NCBI GenBank assembly: GCA_010093995.1
Contig: ML992504.1
Location: forward strand, 124,001 to 188,000
DNA: 64,000 bases
From: Elsinoe ampelina
Lineage: Eukaryota
Reading direction: 5' to 3'
The position numbers and the translations under genes were made by a program. This document shows positions 1 to 12,572 of this stretch, in pieces; position 1 is the first letter of the stretch; each line of letters starts with the position of its first letter. Under the pieces are notes generated by a model that was not told the origin of the DNA, ran no database searches, and was given only the letters and a program-made list of their open reading frames with translations.

Positions 1-52
1 CGGCTCGGAGCATAAGGAATCTCTCAAGGCCGACCCAAAGACTTTCTACACC

Positions 53-1537
53 ATGCAGCATGTGTCGGGTAACAACGACAAAGACCTCCCGCCGCCACCG
101 CCCCAGACTACCATGCAAGCAGTCAAGAAGTTTTTGAACAAGAAGGACAACTTCGCCGAAGAGCCACCCAACGGAGGCATAGTCGCTTGGTTGCAAGTCC
201 TTGGATGTTTCTTGGTTTTCATGAACAATTGGGGTCTAGCCTCCAGCTTTGGTGTCTATCAAGCTTACTATCAACTCCCCACTTCTTCACCCAGTCTTTC
301 AGCTCAAGGCAAGACTGCATCTCAGATCTCTTGGATCGGTACTATTCAGGCTTCATTCACTCTCATTTTCGGAGTGCTCTCTGGACCACTGTTCGACAAA
401 GGCTACTTCTTCCAGACTCTGGTCGTTGCTTCAATCATGATGTGTTTCTCCTTCATGATGCTCTCACTTTGCGATCAATACTGGCAAATCATCATCGTGC
501 AAGGTGTCTTGCAAGGTATCTGTTCTGGACTACTCTATATCCCATCTGTTGCGCAAATCCCTCAGTACTTTACGACCAAGCGAGGCACTGCGCTTGGCCT
601 TGTGACCGCTGGAGCACCATTTGGTGGTATCATATATCCGATCATCTTCCGAGAGCTAATCACACGGTACGACTTCGCGTGGGCGACCCGTGCTATTGGC
701 TTTGTTGCACTTGGTCTGCTCGTCATTTCGTGGATCATCTTGAAGCCTCTCAATCTCAAGAACAAAGTGGAGAAGGTGCTGCATGATCCGGAAATGTTCA
801 AGGATCCACCGTACCTATCTTTTCTGGCTGGTTCGTTCCTCCTCTTCTGCGGTATGCTCATTCCATACGTGCTGTGCGCCACCTACAGCGTCACAGTCGT
901 GGATGGCTATGACCGTAGCGACTTTGCTCGCCTTGCCGCAGCGACTGCACAAGGATCAATCTCCGTGGCAGATCGAGCTCGCTTCCTGAATGTTCAAGAC
1001 ACGGCGTTCTATACCGTCGCAATCATCAACGCCGGCAACTTTGCTGGTCGTATCATCCCATGCGCCATCTCAGATCTAGGTATCGGACCGGAATACATGC
1101 TATTTGCATGCGATCTAGCGCTATCAGTTCTCGGGTTTGTTTGGATCACCATCAAGCAGCGCGCCAACTACAATGCTTTCCTGGTTCTCTATGGCTTTTT
1201 CTCCGGGGGTATTGCATCACTCCCTGCCGCTGCTCTGCCTTATATCTGCCCTCGTCTCGAAGTATTTGCCACTCGACTTGGTCTGGTATATTTCTTCGCC
1301 GGTGTTGGTGTGCTTATTGGAACTCCCATCTCAACAGCCATCGACGCCAGGACCCCTGATCAAGACGATTACCTTGGTTCTCAGCTGTGGGTGGGTATCA
1401 CGATGGCCCTCGGTCTGTTCTGCATCTTCCACTCTGGCTACCACGGCGGCAAGCGGAGAAGAGTTATCCAGGCAAAGGCGAAAGAGGACAGAAGAAGGAA
1501 GCAAGCAGAGAAGAGTGGAGGTGAACTCAAGGCCTGA
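53..1537 (+). CDS. MFS monocarboxylate-porter-like (MCH/MCT family) transporter
   Basis: Single 494-aa ORF with ~12 hydrophobic segments; N-terminal PPNGGIVAW motif, WG-x-x-x-SFGVYQAYY, SGPLFDKG and QYFTTKRGTALG are typical of fungal MCT-like MFS proteins. Confidence 0.9.
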   Translation: MQHVSGNNDKDLPPPPPQTTMQAVKKFLNKKDNFAEEPPNGGIVAWLQVLGCFLVFMNNWGLASSFGVYQAYYQLPTSSPSLSAQGKTASQISWIGTIQASFTLIFGVLSGPLFDKGYFFQTLVVASIMMCFSFMMLSLCDQYWQIIIVQGVLQGICSGLLYIPSVAQIPQYFTTKRGTALGLVTAGAPFGGIIYPIIFRELITRYDFAWATRAIGFVALGLLVISWIILKPLNLKNKVEKVLHDPEMFKDPPYLSFLAGSFLLFCGMLIPYVLCATYSVTVVDGYDRSDFARLAAATAQGSISVADRARFLNVQDTAFYTVAIINAGNFAGRIIPCAISDLGIGPEYMLFACDLALSVLGFVWITIKQRANYNAFLVLYGFFSGGIASLPAAALPYICPRLEVFATRLGLVYFFAGVGVLIGTPISTAIDARTPDQDDYLGSQLWVGITMALGLFCIFHSGYHGGKRRRVIQAKAKEDRRRKQAEKSGGELKA

Positions 1538-2108
1538 TGGTTCATCATCACTCGATCCGGAGGTAGTAATGGCAGATTGCGTCATGTGTAGAAGCCTCTT
1601 CCATAGTTTGTTGAGATTTTGTTCCGATGAATGATAACCCATTTCGTTTCGACCGGCCTCCGGATCCAAGGTTCTACTGTATGAGCCGAGTCGGCCTCCA
1701 GGCTTGGCCCATCTCATGTGAAAAATGAAAAGAGTCGCGGATTGCGATGGATCCACAAATCACCTCGGGCCTGTTTCTTGTCGCCAATTTGCTCTCCACT
1801 CTTGCGGTGTCACTTTCTGGAACTATCCAATGACAGAGGGCCGCGGACAAGTGTCCGGCTCCAGGTACTTTTTGCCCTAACATCAGGGCTCATTCGGACA
1901 CAGGAAATTGCAATCGAAGTATCTTGAAACAAGCATGAGCCTACGCAATTCGTCAAGATCGACAGAGAGGGCTCTAGACTTCCAGCAACGGCAGTTGATG
2001 CTGCATGCAAATCGGTATGTACCTGCATGCGATGAGCTTGGTATATAACCACGCTGCTGGGCGCTCCCCTTACCCATGCGACCTTGGACCGCCGCACCTT
2101 CTCCAGTC

Positions 2109-4044
2109 ATGATTCACACACTGTCCACGGCCCTTGTGGCCTCCTCACTCCTGACCTCAGCACTTGCATTTCCTCCTCGAGGTCCTCGCCCGCAGGTCGT
2201 ACGCAATCCAGCGGGCGTGCAGGCCAGCTACGACTATGTCATCGTCGGAGGCGGAGCTTCAGGCTTGACCGTCGCCAATCGATTGACCGAGAACCCATCC
2301 ATCAAGGTCCTCGTCATTGAAGCTGGCGACTTTGACCAGGCCGAAGACTTCGTCACCATCCCGGCTCTCGCTGGCGGAGCCGTCGGCACCAAATACGATT
2401 GGAACCTGACCTACGTCGCAACACCAGAGGTCAACAACCGGGCACTGTCAATCCCCCAAGGCCGCGTGGTGGGAGGGTCAACCGTCCTCAACCGCATGTT
2501 GCAACATAGGGGTTCCGCCTTCGACTATGACAGATGGTCCGCCCTTGGTAACGCTGGCTGGGGTTGGAAGGATCTACTCCCATTCTTCAAGAAGGTCAGC
2601 ATACTACCCTGGCTAACAAGACTTGTCTGACTTTGACCAGAGTGAGAGCTTCACTCCTCCAAACCGGGATATTGCAAGCCAGTTTGGGGTCCAATTTAAT
2701 CCGGCGGCCCACGGCACCCAGGGTAGAATTCCAGCATCGTACTCTCCTTACTTCTACCCAAGCACAAGTGAGCCATCTCCCTATATCTCCACAAACACCA
2801 CTAACATGTGAGCAGAGAACTACGCTGATGGTTCCCGCGAGCTCGGTATCCGCATTCCCCGAGATGGTCAGAATGGCGAGGCGTTGGGTGCATACTACAT
2901 GACGCACTCGCAAGATCCCAGGACGGTCAAGCGAGTCTCTGCCCGCAATGGTTACTACGATACCGCAGCGCAGCGCACGAACCTTCAGCTCATCCCTAAC
3001 ACTCGTGTAACCAAGATCGTTCTGAACGGAACTACAGCCACTGGGGTCGAGTTCGCCGCCTCCGCGAATGCATCCCGCCAGACCGTCGTGGCGTCGAGGG
3101 AGGTCATTCTTGCGGCAGGCTCTATTCACACTCCTCAACTGCTTCAGCTCTCTGGTATTGGGCCGGCCAGCCTGCTGACCCAAAACGGAATCACCCCAGT
3201 GGTTGACCTTCCAGTCGGATATGGATTCCACGATCACGTCATGGTACCCATCGTCCACAGCACAAACTTGTTCCCGACCAGCGCTCTCCTCCAATCAAAC
3301 CAGACCTTCGCCGCCGAGGCTCGCCGTCAGTATGACACCCAGAGAACTGGTCCGTACTCGTCCGCGACTGGCGACATCCTGTTGTTCCTGCCCACCGTCA
3401 ACTTCACCTCGGCTTCTGCCACACTCAACCAACGTGCGGCAGCTCAGGACCCGAACGCTTTCCTTGCCGCTGATACCCCAGAGTCATACCGCAAGGCATA
3501 TGCAGCTCATCACGCGCAGCTCGTCAAGACCCTCGCGTCCCCAGACGCCGCAATGATCGAGGCCATCCCTGCAGATGGTACCGTCTTGGTCGCCGTGGAG
3601 CAGCCATTCTCCCGCGGCAGCGTCAAGATCCAATCTTCGAACCCGTTCGATGCCCCTCTCATCGATTCCGGCTACCTCAGGAACCCTCTCGATCTCGAGA
3701 TCTTCGTCGAGTCGATCAAGTTTGCCCGCAAGCTCTTCAGCACCAAAGCTTTCGCTGCGACCAACCCTGTCGAACTGGTTCCTGGCGCCAACGTCACCGA
3801 CACTGCAGCTCTTGAAGCTTTTGTCCGCAACAGCGTCACGACCGTCTACCACCCCGTCGGATCAGCCCACATTGGGAAGCGCGAGGAAGGTGGGGTCGTG
3901 GACACACAGCTCAGAGTCTACGGAGTGCAAAAGCTTCGTGTAGTCGATGCGAGTGTCTTCCCCCTCGTGCCTGCATGTCACACTCAGGGAACAGTATACG
4001 CTGTAGCGGAGAAAGCTGCTGCTATTATCTCTGGTCGCCGTTAG
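2109..4044 (+). CDS. Secreted GMC oxidoreductase (CAZy AA3_2-like; aryl-alcohol oxidase/glucose dehydrogenase group)
   Basis: Signal peptide MIHTLSTALVASSLLTSALA; Rossmann motif YDYVIVGGGASG; GRVVGGST; C-terminal VYHPVGS and ACHTQGTVYAVAEKA (His/His catalytic pair). Introns 2595-2640 and 2768-2815 (GT..AG, CTRAC) join the ORF pieces in frame. Confidence 0.92.
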
Positions 4045-4236
4045 GACCACTTGTCTATGATCTTCTTTTTCTTCTCAGATGAATATACATGAATGGAATG
4101 CTTGGTGCAACGCTGTTTGCCAGATTAACTGCCTCACAAGCCCTTCACACACGCCGTCTACTGCCCGCGTGGCTGCTGCTGCTGCCTCTCACTTCTAGCC
4201 CTCAAACTCAAAACTCGGCCCCGAAGCTCCACCTTC

Positions 4237-5120
4237 TCAAGCGAGGTTAATGCGCAACCCGAGGTCTGCCTGAAAGTCAACAGTACCGTAGAACGGCTCC
4301 ATGCCCGCATTCCCGACGTTGACATAGGTCTCCTCGGAAAAAATACCCTGTCTGCTCATGGCCAGCAACCACTCCTTGATATCCCCCTCAAAGTAGCCCC
4401 AGTACTGGTTGTCCCGCGGAGCGAGGAGCGACGACACGGTGATGCCCGTGTCCGCGTTCTTGCCCTGGTACAATTCCCAGCCGTCCTTGCCGTACAGGCT
4501 GACGGTCGCCCTGGGACCCTCGGACCAGCCGATGGGGACTTGGCCGCCCTCGTAGCGGAGCCAGAGCATGAGTTCTTGGGCTTGGCTGGAGGTTTCGTCG
4601 CCTTGGGTGTCGGACGTCATGAAGTCGTAGACGACGTTGCCTTTGTACAGGGTTTGGTTGGTGCGGATCCAGTGGTAGGTGGATGGGATGCTGGCGATGG
4701 CGGACAGTCGGTTGCGGAGGTTCTGGGTTAGGCCGATGAAGCTGTATCCTGCTCATGCGTCAGCGATGCGGACAATGAGCTTCACCTTTTCGGCGGCATA
4801 TGCGTTTGCATACCTTTGACCAAATTCGGCTTGTCGGCTTTGATATCCCAGGTCGAATTCCATTGGATTTTCTGGTCGGCTCCGCTCCCGGTGACGCCCT
4901 TGTAGCCGGTGCAAGCGGATCCGGTGATCTGTTGGTAATTGTAGTTCATCGAGAAGACGATCCATGGAGTACCCCGGATCACTAGAGAGTCGTTTGGACG
5001 GCCGCAGAAGTTGGCTGGGCCCTGTGTGACTTGACGCGAGACATGAGAGGAAGGGAGTGCTACGCTGGAGCCGGCCAGCACTGCAACAGTGGTGCAAATG
5101 AATGACGAGAAGTGAACCAT
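4237..5120 (-). CDS. Secreted GH12 endoglucanase/xyloglucanase
   Basis: Signal peptide; intron 4813-4749 joins NLVKG to YSFIGLTQ; NVVYDFMTS, QELMLWL (nucleophile Glu) and AGMEPF (acid/base Glu) match GH12. Confidence 0.85.
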
Positions 5121-5516
5121 GTTTGTATGAATGAGTGACTTGAAGAGAAAGATTCAGATGATGATACCGCAAGAAAACAGGAAGACGAGGTCAAGCACAA
5201 ACTTCTACAGCTCCCAGACACGATAATCAAAAGTCGCGGATATCAAGATCATTTGGTCCTGCAATGAGTATCCTCAAAGCCCCACCAGAGCTTCCTGGAA
5301 GCTTATTACCCTGTCCAGTATGATCATAGTGGAGTAGCCCTTGTTTCACGTTCGTGGATCAACTCGCTCCCCGAATTTCGGGAGCGCCGCACGGTGGCGT
5401 CGAGTAGCTAGTAAGCACCTGTCGTCACGTCACAGCACACGATGAAACGGAACTCTCTTGTATAACTTTACATCATCTTGGGATCTGCTCGGCAGTGTGA
5501 ATTACCATCCGTCTCA

Positions 5517-7218
5517 TCAAGCTGCCACAGCAGCAAAATTCTCCCTCAACGCCCGGATCGAAGGAGAGAAGAAGTAAGCACCGCCCTTGCTGACGACCCA
5601 TTCGAATGGTCCCAGATTCAGATTGCCTGCCACATCATTCAGGCTTGCACCAGTCATGTTCCTGTCAGTGTCGTCCGCGTTCTGCCCTATGATGGGGTCA
5701 AAACCAGGGTTGGGATTCTTTCCGAAGATGAATCCTTGATTGTTGGCCCATGCTGCATAATTTGTTAGCAGAGTGTCTTTATATGTGAACCGGAGACTTA
5801 CATTTCTGAACAAATTGGAAGCCATGTGAGAGATTACTCTGGTAGCATACGAACAGCAGGCCGCGATCTTCGGTTGTGCGGTGAGTAGAACTCTCTTCAG
5901 GAGTGACTTCTGGTCCGTATGGAATGCCTCGACGAGGGAACAAATGGTTGGTGAGGGCGGTGGTATCGTTAAGCCCGGCAGAGATGAAATCCGTGCGAGG
6001 GTTGGTCTTTCGGATGTGAGCTGCGAATGGACAGACTTGGCCGGGATCTTGTGAGAAGTCAAAGTCGTTGTTGCGAGCGCTGTCTTTTGCAAGCTGAGGG
6101 TCATCCTTGAGCGGAGCGAGTATCACAGGAGCACCTGACAAGTTCAGTCATGTCCACGATGCCCAGTCATGTCCACGATGTTGGCCAGGCTTACCACTCT
6201 TCCATCGTCCGACAAGACGAGCCCCTAACAGCTCTTTGCCATTCTCAACACCTTGGATCTTATTGTTCTCCAAGAATGCGTCAAACTCAGGCACTAGCTG
6301 CGCGAGCTTGCGGAAGCACAGGAAGCTACCATCTTTGGCCCAGTCCGGTCTGGGAATGGCCTGCTTGTTGTCATCGTTGTCACCAGTGCGATCACAAAGG
6401 ACCACACCCTGAGGAATGGGCACTTGACCCTTGTTCGGGGCAGTATCGAGTCCATCGATCGAAGGCAGAGAGACACCATCCTCGAACCCGAAGCTGCATC
6501 TTGTCAGCATGCCGGCCATCGATCAACCGAAGAGACTATTCACTGCTCGTGTCCTTCTTCAGCATCAGGACGCACAACACCAACGATCAAGAATGCCTCG
6601 GTGATGGATGCATTGGGCTGACCTGCACCAAATACTTGCTTCACTTTGTAGATGGCCTCATCGACAGTCGTCTGGCAGTCTCCAGTGACGAGGACCACCC
6701 CATCAATGTCCTGCGAGACGAAACCAGAGTCCCATGCTGGTGTGTATTTCCCGTCGACCGTGGTGCCCTTATCTCCAAGGGCTTGCGCATCGGAGAGCAT
6801 ACCGTCCTCGAAGACCTGATCATTGATCTTGTTCTCGGAGCCATTGAGGCCGAGCTGTAAGTGTCAGACCCGTACTCTTCCTTGAATTGATTGTTTGTGG
6901 TGTACCTTGCTCAGTCCCTGGGTACTGAAAGAGATGTTTACTCCCGAAAGCTTGAGAAGTCCTCCAGCTCGGTTGCGCTTGTGTTGGGCAATCCTGTTAC
7001 GATCTTCAAGGACCTGAGCTCCCGTTGTGATCAGCGGCAGGAAAGACGCCAGGTCGGACTTGAACTTGTTCAAATCTCCATTGATTCTGAAGAATAAGAA
7101 TGTTTCGGTCTTTTTGGGTAATCCAGGGCTAGAGTATTGTATGAGCAAAGTCTCCAAGGTTTGGTGGCGACACCTACAAGATATCTCCCTGGATCATCTC
7201 TGGGATTACTGATGCCAT
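5517..7218 (-). CDS. Dye-decolorizing (DyP-type) heme peroxidase, no signal peptide
   Basis: Multi-exon (first intron 7177-7129). IQGDIL-PGLPKK start, FGFEDGVS (GxxDG), CPFAAHIRKTNPR (proximal His), RRGIPYGPE (distal Arg), GLLFVCYQS and GGAYFFSPSI are DyP hallmarks. Confidence 0.92.
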
Positions 7219-8000
7219 GCTGCACTGTTTTTGAGCTCGAAGACAGAGATATGGTGCTTTTACAACGACAGTGAATAGAAAGAAACCAGCGGAAGCCGGT
7301 ACATCGGGGCATGTAATATAGCTTCCTGCACATGCTTCCAAGAGAATGGCCACCATCTGCACGGCTGAACTGCCCATCTCTGGCAAGAGGTAGGTAAGTC
7401 TGCATGCTTCAAGCTGACTATGATGCGACAGCTGACCTCACGACCGGACAGGAAGGGCCTGTTGTGGTCGTTCGTCGTAATGGGGCTGCGTGCTATTGGT
7501 GGAGGGCGATGAAGTTGACGATAATTGGGGTCCCCGGGTCCACCGTCGTACGACCCCGGTGGATGCTGACAGCATAATGTAGTGTGCTAGAAAGGACCGC
7601 CACAGCGTTCCAGCGTATTTCAAGTTAATGCTGATGATGCTGACAAGCATGTCGGCGTCAAGTGGCGGCATCTGAAGTATCACGTCAGCCTGGTTGTGTC
7701 ACCTCGGATACGATGGCTCGGATTGGCATCTTTCCCAAACTCGGACGATCGCGCTTGAGATCTTCCACCTGGTCTTGAGAATCTATTGATATGCTGGAAA
7801 GTGGAAGACATGGAGTTCGTGCAATTGGGGTGACCCACGGTCAATGTCGACCCCCACACTGTCTGTCAGCAAGCTGACGGTCCTCTCATAGACACGCTTG
7901 ATATGCTGACGACAAGCCACCATTTGCACAATGGGGTTCGTATCTTGGTAACTCTGATTGGAATTTCATTCGTCTACTTCGTTAATGCTTCTATGCTCAG

Positions 8001-9246
8001 TCAGACTTCCTCAACATCCCTGTCAAATTCTTTGCCGTGCTCCAAAACTCCAACCATGACTGCAGGATTTTTTTGGGTATCGTGTTTCACATCAATCGTT
8101 TGCGTATTGCTCAACTCTGCGGCCATGGATGCGGTCGGCTGTCCATGGGTGGGCGACCGTCGATCGATGGGAGACAAAGATCTTGACTCATGCGGACTCG
8201 AAGCGATGCCTCGGAAGAACCTGGCAAAATAAGAGCGCAGTGGTGGTAGACAGCCCAGAAAGATGACAGCCCATTGCTCAGTGATGGCCCAGATACACAG
8301 TGGCACCAAGTCCCCTACGAACAGTCAGAATCTATCTTGAACAATGGGAATAGCACTTACTTGTGGGATCATCGAGACGTTCAAGGATCTTTAAATGTAT
8401 TGCTCGTCCAACAGCAGCGGCGAAAGGGCTAGATCTAGTCAGAAGAGTCAAGAGGTGGGGATTTCGTCTAGTTACATGAGACCGCCTGCCATGACAACGC
8501 TGATACCTAGTTTGGTAGCTTTTGATGTTTTCACGTCCCAGATGATGGTGATGGGATACAGTGCAAGGATGAAATCTGTAAAGGCGGAAAAGGCTATTGA
8601 GAACAGTGAGTGCTGGGTTGGCAGCGCGGGAGTGGCGAAACATACCTCCTTGAAAGTAGCCAAATCTGGTTGATAGAAGAGAGCCTGGGCATTGTCCAGG
8701 TATAGAAGTATCCCACAGTCGATCAAGCGGGTCACACTGGATGACCAATAGTACCGTCTGGGTTACGGCTGCGGCGGAGACAATGAATGCCATGGCCCAT
8801 AGGAAGAAGCGTTCTGCACGTCCGGCAGCATTGGCGACCTGCAAGTACAATGCTATGATTGCAAGTTTACCGAAAGCGAGGGAGAAGATGCCGACAGCGA
8901 TGCCGATCCATGCCCATTTCAATGCCAACGCTATTTGTTCTTGCGACAGCTCTGTCTTTGACCGACCAAGCCCATTCAGAGTGGACAGGAGACCGAGCAA
9001 TTGTAGTAGAATACCAGTCAGCTTGGTAAGGTCAGCACGACGTTCAACTTCATACCCATGCTCGTAGAGATGTACCGTGGCGGCAACGACCCAGAACAGG
9101 TCCCATTTGAAGATATGCTGGCTTCTTGTCTTTACAACTCGAAGACACACGATGCCGATGCCGAGAAATGCCTCGACGAAGGCAATAATGACCAGGACAA
9201 TGGCCGTACCACCAAAAGCCTTGCCACCACCAATGATTATCGCCAT
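8001..9246 (-). CDS. PTH11-like (fungal rhodopsin-domain) 7TM membrane protein without CFEM
   Basis: Multi-exon; KLAIIALY, QCDPLDRLWDTSIPGQC extracellular loop, FTDFILALYP, W-x-x-x-E-x-x-x-x-I-x-x-GCLPPLR final helix, hydrophilic tail. Confidence 0.85.
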
Positions 9247-10677
9247 GAACACTGCCCAAAGCACTGGGGCATCTGTTTATTCCACATAAGTCGAACCGTG
9301 AGAGGGAGAAAGAAAGCAAAAAAGGCGACAGCCAGTGTTTACTGAACTTGGTTTCCTCACATTCAAGCTTCAATCAAAGCCGTTGTCGAAAATGTGAAAG
9401 AGACATCAACGGGACTGATTCGAGAACAATTCGTAACGTTTCTAGTCTCAGAAACGGTGCTGAGGTTCTGCGGAAGGTGGGAACTGCCGATGTGAGGACT
9501 CGCCTTATATGCCCATGCCGATGGAGGCACTGCGGGTAGAACGACATACACAAGTGCAAGGGAAGACGGACGGGTAGATGTAATTGTATGATGGAGTTGT
9601 ACGAAGAGTAGTGATGGATGCATCCCACCACTCCTCGTAACATGACAGTCATGATACAGTAATCATCCAAGTTGCGGAACAAGCCGAGAGGACAGTACTG
9701 TAAGTTCTTCACATGTGTTTTCTGGCCTTGCGGATCCTGCGTGGCAACTGGAGTGTGGCTGAGACGAATCAATCTGATCTCCCGGCTTGTTCCATGCTTG
9801 TGAAACTATTTCGTACGCCAACAGCAATTTTACTCGCATCTCAGGACCTAAGCAGACGCATGTGACAAGAGATCGATCAGGTTCTTCATCGTCACAAGTC
9901 TGCATCTCAATCGCACCACAGTAGCTGTACGATTCATGTTCAATATCAGAGGAATCGGATCAACTAGAGCCGGCGTGCATCACCGGACGTCTTCTCCTCT
10001 GCGACATGTCAACACAATGATCAAAAACATCTCACCAATTCTATCGACACTCCTGTAAGTCAGCACTTTTGAATGAACACTCGTATCCATAAGCGAACCA
10101 GCGCCGCATCAAATAGTGTGCAATGATCCCGCACATTCAAGTCGTTCGGGCCCAACCTGCCCCGACTGGATACCGAAATTTGATGGTTTGCACGGGCGAC
10201 AGGGCGGTCTAGGTCCTCAATAATTCATGACAATCGCGGCATGGAATTGCTCATGCGGCGCAGTTTGACAGCTACGGCATCAGCTCCGAGAACTCATGGT
10301 CCACATGGCCTTCGGAAAGGCCGTTCAGCAGCTTCAGCCCTACTGATCTCTGCATGGTTTCCTCGCGAAGAAGCCTCGGCAGTGCCTCTTTTCCTACTTT
10401 GAATCACTGACTAGTCAGGTGATCCCTCAATCTAGCAGGTCAGACTTGCTTAGCTTGCATAACTCCAGCCGACTTGTGCAGACCCTGCCCTCTGCCGTTC
10501 TATTGACCCAATGATCGACACCACGCCTCCGGTGTGCCTGGAAATTGGTAGGCACGATCTACCTGCTACTGCACAAGGTGCCATTCCAGATCTCATATAA
10601 GCAATGTGTCGCCTCACTCGTGGAAGGCCTCTTCATAGCAAAGCACTTGGCCTCGGACATCGCAAGCGCACTCCATC

Positions 10678-12300
10678 ATGAAGGTCACTGGGATATCACT
10701 ACTGTTCGCAGTCGCCAATCCCGCGGCATCGCACCTCGTCAAGGGTCGACAAGATGATATGAGAATCAGCCTCTCCCAATTCGCTGGTCTACCTCCTCAG
10801 CAGCAAGTCTGCGAGGTTCTACGCAAATCCTATCCCAACTTCACATCATTCCCAAACTCTACAGCATACACTGCTGACAACACGGGTAATGTGTGCTGTC
10901 CATCCTCAATTGACTTCTGCTGACCTTGCTTAGACTACTGGACTGCCGCATCCTCTTTGGGACCAGCATGTATCTTCGCCCCGAACCGAGCGCAGGACCT
11001 AGGCACCGCTATCCTCTTGCTCAGGACAGCAAAAGCCTCCTTTGCTGTTCGTGGCGGTGGTCATATGCCCATCGGCGACTTCAACAACATTGACGCTCGA
11101 GGTGTGCTTCTCTCGAGTTCCAACTTCAAGCAGCTTTCATATACCGCAAACAAGGCGTCTGTCAACGTCGGTCCGGATAATCGCTGGCAGGATGTCTACA
11201 AGTTCATCTCACCGGATAACTTGCTGGTCGTTGGAGGCCGGGTCGGTATTGTTGGCATCCCAGGCTTCTTCCTCGGAGGCGGAGTCAGCTTCCTTGGCAA
11301 CCAATACGGATGGGCAGTCAACAACCTCGTCAGCTTGACGGTCGTCCTTGCCACTGGTAAAGTCGTCACGATCAACTCCCAGAATCAGTACTCGGACTTG
11401 TTCTGGGCCATGAAGGGAGGCGGCAATTCTTTTGCCATCATCACCAATCTGGAGCTCAAGACGTACGCCACAGCTGGTACTACCATCGGAGACGTCCAGT
11501 ACGGTGCGGGTGAGGATGTGAAGAACAAGTGGATCAACGCCGTTGTCACGAATGCGCAGAATGGCAACCAGGATGAGAAGCACGGTGTCATTCCTCTGGC
11601 TGTCAAACAGTCTCTTCAACCTGAAGTCGGCATCACCTATCAAGCATCACTGTTCTACAACGGCGACAATCAAGCACCGGCCGTCCTTGCCAACTTCACC
11701 GCACCGAATTTCCCAACCTTGACGAGCTCATTCGCAAGGAAGTCACTCGGAGACTACGTTCAGGAAGGTGCCGCATCACAGCCTCCTCCAGGAATTTTGC
11801 GCCAGCGCTTTTACTTCATGAGCATTCCGGCCAGTGCTAGCGCACTTCTCATCGCCCATGACACCTTCTTCGCCAAGGTCGACCAAAATCTGAACGGCAA
11901 TGTACCTTTCTACGTCACCGCATTCGCCGCCATGTCCATGCCGACATCCTTCTTCCAAAACGCCATCAACCGCGGCGGTGAACCCATGAGCATCCAGCCT
12001 TCCGGCGGTCCTCAGATCTGGATTGAATTCTCCCACACATACCAACGTCCAGAAGACGAGCCCATCATCGATGCGTACCTCCGAGACCTGGATAGCACCC
12101 TTCGCGCGGCCCTCACGGCCAACGGCACACCCCCGAACAAGTTCATCTACCTCAACGACGCCGACAAGTTCCAAAATGTCTTTGCCGGCTACCCGGCCTC
12201 CAGCGTGCAGCGCCTCAAGTCCATCAGGAATAAGTACGACCCGAGCAAGGTCTTTACCACGCAGCAGCCGGGAGGGTGGAAGGTGGATGCCGCTCGGTAG
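10678..12300 (+). CDS. Secreted FAD-linked oxidoreductase (VAO/PCMH, BBE-like, AA7-type)
   Basis: Signal peptide; intron 10886-10933; PACIFAP, FAVRGGGHM (flavinylated His), VGGRVGIVGIPGFFLGGG, DLFWAMKGGG, YLNDA and KYDP motifs. Confidence 0.9.
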
Positions 12301-12572
12301 AATGTCGTCGGTCGGTACTGCTCATGGCCACTCTGATGCGCACTTTCACGACCAGCTTTATGACCCGTAGACCGTAATCAAAAGATATCGTTCATCGTAT
12401 CTTGAATCTCTATATTGGCCCACCCCTCCCGGCGTCTTCCAAAGCCGTGCAAAAACAACAATTGACCCCTTCTCATGATCTCGCAAACAGAACTCCACTC
12501 CCGGTTACTCGAAACATGATGATTGTCCCATGGTATCTCCTCTAAAAGACCGTACCGTCCAACAAAGTTCCT

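Noticed and set aside
5500..5520. Stop-codon readthrough producing a cryptic peroxisomal PTS1 on DyP or other enzymes
   Set aside because: DyP ends TGA TGA; none of the stops I checked has the TGA CTA context followed by an SKL-like end.
6144..6181. 19-bp tandem duplication inside a DyP intron
   Set aside because: Local slippage that leaves the splice sites intact; no evident function.
9861..9897. GAACCTGATC (- strand) inside a TGTGAC...GTCACA inverted repeat
   Set aside because: The remaining TPP aptamer segments are absent and the stem is too short to be significant.
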